This document shows positions 53,052-64,000 of a stretch of DNA of 64,000 nucleotides, in pieces (positions within the stretch are counted from its first letter, which is position 1; each line of letters opens with the position of its first letter). The stretch is from Octopus bimaculoides (Eukaryota), in NCBI RefSeq assembly GCF_001194135.2, contig NC_068993.1, positions 64,097,732-64,161,731 on the forward strand. Reading direction: 5' to 3'. A model generated the notes under the pieces. It searched no databases, was not told the origin of the DNA, and worked only from the letters and a program-made list of their open reading frames with translations. Position numbers and translations under genes: made by a program.

Positions 53052-53668
53052 TGGGGGCATGAATGTGTGTATGTGTGCCTGTGCGCGTGCGTCTGTGCGT
53101 CTGTGAGTGTGTCAAATAGCGAACGCTTTCATTAACCTTTATTAAAAAATGTAGCCCAATCCCCGAAAGAAAATAAATGTTTTTCGATACCAAATAACCG
53201 CAGCTGAATGGCTCTCGTCGTGAAGAATAACAGCTCATATTACTTGCCATGAATATCATTTGCTACTCAATCCTGAATGAAGGAAATATTTAGACACTGG
53301 ACATTATAAGTTCTCACTCGCGGTAGGAATATTGCGACTGGGTTGCTGTGATGAATTATGGTTGTACATACCGAATAATCTCACATTAATATGGAGATCT
53401 TGTTTTTCGAGTGACCAACCTTCACATTTTGCTTTGTTCTTCTAAGCATCCGCTCTTCATGGCTTGCTATTGTTCCAATATTTTCTGACATAGGAAATTG
53501 TCGGGAGTAATGTTATCTCTCACTAATAGTCACTCACTTGAGAGTGCAGTAGTGAAGTTAAGCGATTAAAGGTATCACGGATTCACTTATGTGGTATATA
53601 ATTCAACATTAACTAAATGCTTCAGATTCCAATAACCATGAAGGGGGATTAGGAGCCCAACATGGGGG

Positions 53669-53871
53669 GTTCCTAAGCATGGTTACATGTGTATTGGTGC
53701 CACAGAAAACTACGTTCAAAATCCTCAAAAATGATATATATACATATAGTGCGGCGCACAAAAAAAAGTAGCTTGGGTTCCGCAGTATAGTGTAAATACA
53801 AAAATAGATTTACAAGTGCTGGAAAGGACATGGTTTTCTGTGGCACCAATACATATCTAACCATGTATAGG

Positions 53872-53874
<3 letters not shown>
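53669..53874. mobile_element. 42-bp inverted-repeat element (MITE/foldback-like)
   Basis: 53669-53710 GTTCCTAAGCATGGTTACATGTGTATTGGTGCCACAGAAAAC versus the reverse complement of 53833-53874, GTTCCTATACATGGTTAGATATGTATTGGTGCCACAGAAAAC: 38/42 identical. No target-site duplication seen. Confidence 0.7.
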
Positions 53875-53931
<57 letters not shown>

Positions 53932-54861
53932 GATATATATATATATAATACACACACACACACATATGTAGTGTAACTTTGAAGTAGTGCTATCATTAAA
54001 AATCTCAGAAAACTGGATTTTTCCAAAGACATCCTATATTTGTTTAGAATCATTAATTTTAATGCCAATTCCTATGCAATATGAAAACTAAGAAGTAAAT
54101 TGTATTTCTGGGCGCATGTTTACTGAAAACAATATTTACTTGTTTTATTGAATAATTTAAATTGTTGTGAAGATAATAGATTTTAATGAGATTTAGCTAA
54201 ATGCATTTGTAAATTCCAGAACCGTTTTCAATATATCTCCCATGGTACGATTTGATTATGTAACAATTTCAAACTTCTAAATGACATTCATTCTGTAGAA
54301 AGTCTTGGATATTTCTGTGAAGGTAAAATGGCGAAGAGTGCTTTTCTGTGTTTGTTATTTATCTCGCAAAGCTGTGTTCATACTCATCCAAGTCGATGAC
54401 AAAAATTCCCGTAAACATAATTGACTTGATTCAATTAAGTAGCCATTCCGCCCGAATGAAAAACCGTTCCTTAAAAACAAAATTAAGAAAACAAATTAAA
54501 GAAATCCTGAAGTCTAAAGAGTAAGCATCCGATTAGTTACAGCTGTCTGTTTAAGAATGTAGATTATTCTGTAGTCTGTCACATGAGAATAAAAAAAAAA
54601 TATTTTTCACATGGTACAGTGAATATAGAAAATCAAAGTGGGTTTGCAGAGGAAAATACAGGGAAACATAGCTGAACACATTACGCGAGATTTTAACAAT
54701 CAAATGCTTATGTTAAATACAGACTACAAATTCACTTATGTTCCCTTACGACAAAATATAAAACGAAATCACTATTAGATATTTGTATAAATCAGTAATC
54801 CGGAATTCCTGAAACAGAATTTTCAGACTGTTCGGTTTATAAGAATAGATTATAACAATAA

Positions 54862-54966
<105 letters not shown>

Positions 54967-56921
54967 ATTAACCTCTCTTGGCAGCTCCGTCAGTTCTGCC
55001 ACACATCGTGTGCAGAAGTAATATGACTGATAGCAAATATTTTGAAATAAAGATAGTTTGAAATGGCTGACGAACTAACTAAACGGTGTTAAGTAGTTAA
55101 TCCAACCCATCGGCATGATTTTGTTCAAATGTTGCAGAGATTAATTCTTTCTTCTGTCCAACTGGACTTAAGAAAATCAACATCGGAAGTCTTTTTAGTC
55201 AAGCATTTTAATGAATCGTTCTTCAAAACATTACTAAATTACAACTAATATATACAGTTTGTATATATATTAAGTAAATGTGAAAATAATTTAGAAGATG
55301 CACATCGATAGATATTGCATTAATAGGTGTAACTTATTAGACCACACGTGGTTAACATTGCAGTCATTATGTGTCGCGGGAAAATTATTTTGATTGATCA
55401 CTCCTGCTGTGGGCAAATCAGGAGTGAAAGTCAACAAGAAAAATATATTGCTTTTATACTCTATTTATCCATTCTTTGGAGATAACGATGCAAATTGACA
55501 AAGTAGGATTTGAAATATGAATGGCTCTAACGCAGGCTTTTCCATTTCACACTTCGGTACAAGACGTAAAATATGTAATAGACGGTAATGGCATCGTGTC
55601 ATTTCTCCAAGAAAACTGAGACATGGATTGATTTCAATGAAGGATTGAAACACACTTGCTGATTAAACTACCAAAGTTTTACATCTTGTATTTCATTGCC
55701 CACTTAGAAAAAGAAGCATTACGTTCGAATCAATAACCAAATAAGACCTAATCTAATGAGTAGCATTCTTGGTATTTAACACAAGTTGCAACAATTGATT
55801 GCAATGCAAATGAATTCCAAGATAGTGAAATACGTTCTCTCTAATATCTTCAGCTTGGGACATTGCGAAGCGTCAGTGTAGATGGTATTTGTTTTCATTA
55901 GAAGCAGACTGGCGAGGCGTCGGCAACATCATATCAAATGAAATTCTCATGCAAAGCCTCTTTCATTCGTGTCTCAAAACTACTTCTTTCCGAATGTTAA
56001 TGACATAATAACATTTAAAGAAAATCACAAGTATCACTTCTTACCATCTCACTCCATTTTTCATTTCTCCAGTGAATCGTGCTTAATAAAGAAATCATTT
56101 TATTTGATATATAATAGTTCTTTTCTGAAGTGTATTAAATAAACGTTGGGCATTTAGCAAAACCTATCAAATTCATTGGCAATTTTCGCTTAACTAAAGT
56201 AATTTAGAATACTCTACAAAAGAGAGCGTTGCTACACATACTGGACGTTGGGGCAGCGGTGAATAAAATCATTAACACTTGAAATTAGGAAACGCAAAAT
56301 AAATTTCTTTTGACGATGTAAATGACCAGATTTTCTTCGACTGGTATAATGAAAAGTATCGAGTTCAATTCCAGTGCATATTTAGCAATTATTTAGCGAA
56401 TCTTGGGAGACAGGAGGCAAAATCATCTCCGATGAGTGTTGAAACAGTAATTGATATAGACAAATCTTTACTACTGTTACTGTTGCTACCAATACCGCTG
56501 CTGCTGTTGTTGCAGCTCTTGTTGTTGTTGTTGTTGCTGCTGTGTGTTGTTGCTGCTGCTGCTTCTGCTGTTGTTATTGTTGTTGCTTACGTCATTTCAA
56601 CCTTGGAATGATCAAAGATATCTCATCCGTGATCGTCAACTCGATTAAGTTCTATGCAGGTAGGGCGGCTGTTATAATTGCATAACTGTCATCGATTGCC
56701 ACTGCAGGCAGCAGCAGCAGCACTAAGAATTGATGGATACAACACTGACGTGAAATACTGAAAGATTTTCTGCTGCTAAAACTATTCCACTGGTAGATTA
56801 CTATCCAGACTAGATCTACAATAGTCTCCAGATAAGCATTTCTGCTTTTACCCGGCTCAGCTCACGTTCGATTTCAGACTTGCGAATGTCATGTTTTTAT
56901 GTAATATATATATAAGCCTAA

Positions 56922-57152
56922 GTCAGTTCCCCGTTGATACGGTGTATACCATCAGTACTGATATCAGAATGGACTTCGGACTGAGAAAGTGTGGTGCGTT
57001 AGTATTGAAGAGAGGCAAAATCAAATGTATGGACGGGGGAGGCTATGAAGCAGATAGAAGAGACGGGCTATAAGTACTTGGGGATTTTGGAAATGGATAA
57101 ATTGATGGAGAAAGAAATGACAGAAAAATTTAAGGTGGAATACTTGTGCAGA

Positions 57153-57221
<69 letters not shown>

Positions 57222-57290
57222 GTGCTCCATATATCCGAGACAAACGATAATTAAAGTGGTAAGTTCAAGAACAAAGTGTAGGTCAATCAA
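56922..57290 (+). mobile_element. R4/Dong-like RT fragment split by a (CA)n(TA)n microsatellite
   Basis: VDTVYTISTDIRMDFGLRKCGALVLKRGKI and YKYLGILEMDKLMEKEMTEKFKVEYLCRL match R4-type RT motifs (FS.DI.M.FG..KC; YKYLG). Confidence 0.82.
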
Positions 57291-58199
57291 CAAATTCCCA
57301 GACGCAAAATTTTAAACACATTTTAAAAAACTCACATACATTAATACATTTTAATATAGATCAATAAGTACCACAAATAAAAATATAGATAAAAACATAG
57401 ATTAAAAGAATGTAACAATATTCGACGTGTAAACAAGATAAAAAAGTTCGAGGTGTAAATAAAGTAAAACATACGTGGATTATGCAAACAAGAGAAGAAA
57501 AAAAACTTCTTTCCCATTCCTCTTCCCTCTCCTCATCTTTCGACTTATTCTTCTCCTTCTTGTACATCTTTCTCGCTCAATGTTTTAAGGATTTGTCACC
57601 ATAGTTTTGCTATGAGAATTACTTTAAACATACATATGAATGAGGAATATTTAACCACTTCCAACTCACTTTCACGAGTAGGAAATCAGTTGAACTAATA
57701 TAATCGAATCTGATTGATACACTCCCAAGTGTATGCCATAGTGAACCAATAACACTTCATATTAGAAATACGCTTCTTAGTTGTTTTAAATATCTTTAGC
57801 ATTCCGTGAAGAAACAATAAATTAGATATTTTGAGAATACTAAAATATCAATCTGGGTTTTAATTGTAATGATAGTAAAATCTGAAAGTGGTGTATTTGG
57901 AAGATAATTATTTAGAATATACATTAAAACAATATTTGGATAAGGAATATAGATACACTTCTAAGACTACGAAATAGTAATGGCTAAAATAGCTTTTAAT
58001 ACTTCCTCAGCTCAATTGAGGCTAAGAAACAACAACAATAGAAACAAAGAATTTCCACCTAGGATACTTCGTGAAATATTATCTTCAAAACACGATTACG
58101 TATGAAACAAAATGTTACACCGACATGAGCATATGGTTAAGACGTTTATTTGTTTTTCAAAGAAATGTGACCATTTTAGAGAAACATTATCAATCGCGT

Positions 58200-60060
58200 A
58201 TAGTTAAAGTGTATTTTTGTAACTTATAAACATCTCTGACCCAAACAAGATCGGAGATGAATCATATCGACTCATATGAGTGGGTAAAATCATAGAACTC
58301 TGCGAAGAGCTCTTGCAGTTCCAAGGAATGGTGATTTTTGTAGGTGTTCTATCTTCACATTTACACCAATCTTTTTGTGTCACGTTGGTAGTTGAGTGCT
58401 GATACACCCAAGCGCGCCAATTACTATTGGTATCTCTACAGAAATATGGAAGGAGTCACTTTTACACTGAAGAGAAACCGCTTAAATTTAAATAAGCTAT
58501 GTTGTGTATTGAGCGTTAATAAACATGAGCGTTCTTCTTCTACTTGCATTTGTAGATAAGCCTCCGAGAGGTCGAATTTTGAGAAGAGTTTCCCTCTATT
58601 CAATTTTGCAAACGCCTCCTCAGGACTCGGTAATGAGTAATGTGAAATTAAGCAATCAATCAAACCTGTTGAAAACTCTGCACCAACTCTTGACTCGTTG
58701 TTTTTCTATTTTTCGTAGACCGTAGGCTTCTGGAGTCTTTCATGTCTTTGTTAACCTGATCTATTGTCACGAACGGTACATTCCGTTTTGGCTTAAATAC
58801 AAGTGTATTTAAATACAGTTTCGGCTTAAATACAGGTGTATTCCAGAAGTTGAGTACTTCCAACTACTGAATTGTTTAGCATATATATTTTTGCCGCTTT
58901 CATTTGGTCACGAAGTGTTACATTACATACAAATTCACCGAGAAAATGCAATTTTCTGCCCGTAATTCCATGTACGACTTTTGTAAATTTAATTAATTTC
59001 AGCTTATCAAAATACTTCCAATTTTCTTCATTTATAATGGTAATATCACTCTCAGTGTCTCACTGCATTTTTATTCTGATATTTTTTATTTCCACATTTA
59101 CGAATTTTTTCTTTGCTACATAACATACGGTTTATGTTTTTCTTTGATGCAACGTTTTGTCAACTTGATTTTACAGTGTTTTTATGCATCCAATTTTTCC
59201 ACAACGGAAGCATTCCACTTTCTTAAATGGACAGCTTTTTCTCAAGCTTAGACCTCCACATGAAGAGCATAGGTTTTTTTTTTGCCTGATTCTCGACCTG
59301 TTTTTACTGTATTTTAGTACTCACTTGATTTCTATTCTATTTCGCACTACTTTCACTTTGGTGCAATCTTTATGTTCAACTTTTCCCCGAGTCGTGTCTT
59401 AAATTTACTATTCTTTCACACTCTTTTGACACTTGTTGCAAGGTTGGTTTTGTTCCAGCTTAGCGAGAATTCTTGTTCTAACTTCTGCGAATGTCTCTGT
59501 AGTTAGGCCCTGAGTAAATATGAGGCACTTGAACTTATGTGGCGTCAATTCGTCCAGCTTGAACTTTTCACATTTCCTGTTAACTCTACCAGCATATGTT
59601 ATGTAGTCCTGCTCGTTGTTCTTTCTTAAGTTCAAATATTTCCAGCGTGTATTGAACAAAGTTCTTTTCTCGTTAAATATTTTACTCAAGATATCTATTG
59701 TATCTTAAAAGTTTACCAGAAGGTTTTTTACGGGAGTACGCAATTTGCTGTAACGTTCATGTTCTTCTCTTGGTGCCAGTTTTCTTAGATTTAGACGAGT
59801 TTTCATATTGTCGTCCTACTCTTTGCACTCCTTATTGAAGATCTGTTCGTATCTTTAATAGTACGCTTCGAAGATAACTCCTACGTCTGGTTCGTACTTA
59901 AACTCTGTTATCGAGTTAGCAACATAATTTGGCGAGGACATTCTTTCAGCATTTCCTGTTGACTTGCTATTCATTAATTGCAGCATTTATTGCTGCAATA
60001 GTAATTGTTGTTGCTGTTGTAGCTGCTGCTGTTGTTGTTCTTTCAGTTGCTGTTCTTGAT
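58200..60060 (-). mobile_element. Ty3/Gypsy LTR-retrotransposon relic (Gag, Zn knuckle, protease, partial RT, partial integrase), internally deleted
   Basis: Gag: Q-rich start, ANSITEFKYEPD, LFNTRWKYLNL...YAGRVNRKCEKFKL...FKCLIFTQGL. Knuckle: CSSCGG...CPFK / ECFRCGKIG. Protease: *DTESDITIINEENW. RT: VFKPKRNVPF and YSLPSPEEAFAKLNRGKLFSKFDLSEAYLQ. Integrase-like: LQELFAEF. No LTR identified. Confidence 0.9.
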
Positions 60061-60254
60061 GATTTTGCAATTCGACCAAAGCAGCTACCAACATGGTTGA
60101 AAAAGATCGGTACAAGTATGAAAGTAAATCACCTACAAAAATCAGCAGTGGTTCTCTAAAATTGGCCATGGACTGGTTTCTTTTCGATCTATCTGACCTT
60201 TGTGCTTTGTATTTCAGTCTTGTTCTTTTCTTCTATTATGCGCTTCAACAGCTA

Positions 60255-60494
<240 letters not shown>

Positions 60495-61834
60495 AAGTCA
60501 CTGCTGACGAAGGAGATATATTTTACAAGTCTCTCTTCGAAGTAATAGAATGTTCCGCCAAAAATACTCTCATAGAAATTCATGCATTTGAATTTCCCAT
60601 TACAAGGGCTGGCAACAAAATAAGAGTTGAATTTTAATTTAGATAATTTTCTTTTTCTCTTACCTCACCAACATTAAAAGATCGTGAACATGTCATGGTG
60701 CTCCACTAAAATGAAAATCGAAAACTTGAAAATAATATATTTTGCACATAAGAAGCAAAAAAAAAAAAAAAAAAAAACCAGAACACTAATGAAAATATCC
60801 AGAGAGAGAAAAACACTATCATCTTTACTAAAGCAAGCAGAAATCGTGTCGACAACATCATCATCGTCATCATCATCATCATCATTCACAACAAAAACAA
60901 CAACAGTATGACAACACATATTGCTTCGGGCGAAAACACGAACAAGAATAAACATTAGATAGTGGATTGTGTAAAAGGAAAACCCCCGGCATGATACATT
61001 TTCCAAAGAAATCAAATGCAAAAGTAATGTTCTGTACATCAATCTAGGGCTAGCTTTCTGGGAGGAATTACAAAGGTTTCTGAGAAGAGAAAAACAACAT
61101 ATCTCTGTCTTATGGAAGTTGTAATGGAAGGTCTCATTTTGTCCAAAATCGAAATAAAGACAGCCAAGAGAGTTTTTAAGTGAAATATCCTTCATTTAAA
61201 AAGGAAAATCAAACAGCTCGATGTGTAAATATTTAAAAGCATTTCCAAACCGAAATAATAAGCAAGCACCTACTCAATATTTTTCCGTGATATTTAGGAA
61301 TGAGAAATACAGAAGTCACAAACATATCGGCGATGATGTCCGCCTTGCTGTCTTGTAGTTAATTGGAAAGTGTATGCATAAAATTTAACCATATGGGATC
61401 GAATGTGATCACTTTAGACACACTAGCCCTCACGCCTTTACAAGACAGATAAGGACTACCAGAACTGTGAATCGAACAAAGTGGCGAAATCGTAAAGAAG
61501 ATTATCTAACTTATGTGCGACGAAATCTCAATTAAAATTATTCTGTATAGAAATTTAAAAAGGAAAATCAAATCAACAGTCTCAGATCCTATGTTAAGAC
61601 TGAGCATAACTGGTGAATCGTCCAATGCAAAATGCTAGCTTCAATCCTAGAAGCAATCATGAGACCCGCAATCTCACTTTACCATCACATTCAATGAAGC
61701 CAAATACATCCAGTTACAGCAAAGATTAAAAAAGTGATGAGATGTCACTTTCTCACCGCATCATTGGCCATCAACCGACGAGTTCAACAACCTAACAGAA
61801 GGGGAGCGAAGGAAAGCAGACTTGGCAAAACAAA

Positions 61835-61886
<52 letters not shown>

Positions 61887-62027
61887 TAATAAACACAATA
61901 TATGTGGGTACGTTTTACTATATGTATGTATATATATATATATNNNNNNNNNNNNNNNNNNNNNNNNNNNNNNNNNNNNNNNNNNNNNNNNNNNNNNNNN
62001 NNNNNNNNNNNNNNNNNNNNNNNNNNN

Positions 62028-62083
<56 letters not shown>

Positions 62084-62423
62084 GGAGAGAGAGAGAGAGA
62101 AAGAGAAGGAGAGAGAGAGATGCTCATACATATTTAAATGATAAACCTCTGGAAAGTTTTACAGATTTTTACAGTTCCAGTGATGGGTTGGATTTGTAGT
62201 CTTCGAATTGACTTTCTCCTTTCTCGTTTTGAGAAGCCTAATTTCTCAAGATTGGTATTTAGGCAGTGTGTTATATGTCACAGGGCTTCAATAATTACAG
62301 GTATAAACCTGAACTTGTTATCTGGATAGAGTAACTGCAGATTTCTCAATAGTTCAGCATAGGTGTTCTTTTTTTACACTGATCTTCAGCTTTATGTTAA
62401 CATCCGCTGGGCAGCTGATTTCC

Positions 62424-62425
<2 letters not shown>

Positions 62426-62511
<86 letters not shown>

Positions 62512-62555
62512 ATGTGTGTGTGTATGTGTGTGTATGTGTGTGCGTGTGTGTGTGT
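62426..62555. repeat. (GT)n microsatellite with a degenerate end
   Basis: Direct. Confidence 0.97.
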
Positions 62556-62772
62556 ACTTATATGTTGTTTTGCTTGGCTGTCATTTTGACTTCACAAATA
62601 CGGGGAGCCAGCCTTACACTATTGTTGATTTAGTTGACAACATAATCTACACTAGTTACATGTGTTTATGGCAAATTTAATAGAATATATCTTCATTTCT
62701 GTGGCTGATTTTCTATAATAAGCATTCGACCAAACCGTTAAATAAATGTTAAACTGAATTAAGAATAAACAT

Positions 62773-62818
<46 letters not shown>

Positions 62819-63129
62819 ATACACACACTTTCTCTCTCCCCCTCTCTCTCTTTTGCTGAGTATTTCGATGGCTTCTTAAAACAAATTGAATAACAACTGT
62901 ATTATGTTTTAATTCCTTTAGTGCTATATTTCTTTCATTCAATCTTTGTTCCGAAATCTAATTTTCACTCACATTTATTTTTCTTTCTATCTCATTTTAT
63001 ATCTCTCCATCCAAGCCTCCCTAGAATACATTTATTTAGCCTATTCCCGCTTCCTACTATGCCATACGTCACATTGCAATCACTATGTTACATAGCTTAG
63101 CGGTTAACGTTTAGTGTTTTGCACTAACG

Positions 63130-63215
63130 ATTACGAGATCGTGGGTTCGATTCCCAGACTTGGCGTTGCGTTATGTTCTTGAGCGTAGCACTTTATTTCA
63201 CTGTGGTCTGTAATC
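63130..63215 (+). mobile_element. tRNA-derived SINE head (family A)
   Basis: B-box GGGTTCGATTCC followed by GCGTTATGTTCTTGAGCGTAGCACTTTATTTCAC, similar to 55-170; no acceptor stem, so not a tRNA gene. Confidence 0.75.
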
Positions 63216-63532
63216 ATTTCATTATATATATATATATATATATATACTACACACATTTTTTTCTCCTTGTTTCTGTCCTTATTTCTTTCTGAGTTCCACT
63301 TTGACTCTCTCGTCACTGATGAAGAGGTATACTCTTTATGTTGCATGTCTCGTTTCTCTGTTTGTTTTTTTTCATTGTTCGAAAAAAATTCGTTTTCTGT
63401 TTTCGTTTTTATGTTTTTGTTTCTCATTGTGTCTAACGTTCTTTTGATGTCCTGCAACCATATATGCATGTATATATACATATATATGTAGATATGTACA
63501 TATATGTATGCATATATGCATATATCTATATA

Positions 63533-63587
<55 letters not shown>

Positions 63588-64000
63588 GTATATATGTCTG
63601 AATGTACAATTTAGCCTCCTTTTCACATTCCTTCAATGTCTTCTTTCCAGCGCCTCTCTCGTTCTACATTTAAACATCCCTTGATGCTTGCCTCTTTCAT
63701 CTCTGGCCTTCATTTCTTATTTTCTCTTTTCATCCTTCTTTCTTACCCCCACAACCCTTGTCTCTACATACCTCACCTCCAATTGTTCCTCTCTATTTTA
63801 GTTATTTTACTCCATCAACTCACTATATATTGTTTAGTGAGATTTTCATTAGGGCCGAAATAGTACCAAACTTATGATGCTAAAAGAAGCAGCAGCGTTG
63901 GGAGATAATGGACAATGTTTATGTTACTATCAATCACGATTTAATTTGACTCTATAAAAGATATAAATACACCAAAATTCTTTTGGGAAATATGTTGTCA

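Noticed and set aside
60504-60543. CTGACGA-AGGAGA...TCTCTCTT-CGAAG hammerhead-like half motif
   Set aside because: GAAA is broken, stem II is imperfect, and stems I and III are absent.
63130-63200. Possible tRNA gene
   Set aside because: A B-box is present, but there is no acceptor stem or cloverleaf and it continues into SINE body sequence.
63316-63335. CTGATGA-AGAG-GTATA-CTCT hammerhead-like half motif
   Set aside because: No GAAA or stem III follows; at most a heavily decayed remnant.

Overview
AT-rich, microsatellite-dense eukaryotic DNA with about 14 N-gaps, most flanked by (TA)n. The mix of tRNA-derived SINEs and (TA)n/(CA)n/(ATT)n/(TATC)n arrays resembles Octopus (coleoid cephalopod) genomes; this is an inference from recognition, not a database result. 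I can support no intact host gene, RNA gene or CRISPR array, and most long ORFs in the track are microsatellite or N-gap artefacts. The window is a graveyard of mobile elements: a probable decayed hAT (ZMYM1/DUF4371-like) transposase interrupted by a LINE ORF1-like fragment, a Helitron Rep fragment abutting a LINE 3' end, an RTE reverse-transcriptase relic, a mariner (DD34D) relic, two R4/Dong-like RT fragments, an internally deleted Ty3/Gypsy element, and many SINEs. The best leads are a near-complete minimal type-I hammerhead-ribozyme motif (20031-20070, minus strand) plus more degenerate relatives, a ~540-bp element bracketed by (AAT)n beside an R4/Dong-like fragment, a 42-bp inverted-repeat element, a miRNA-like hairpin, and a few low-confidence exon candidates. 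All translations and alignments were done by eye.
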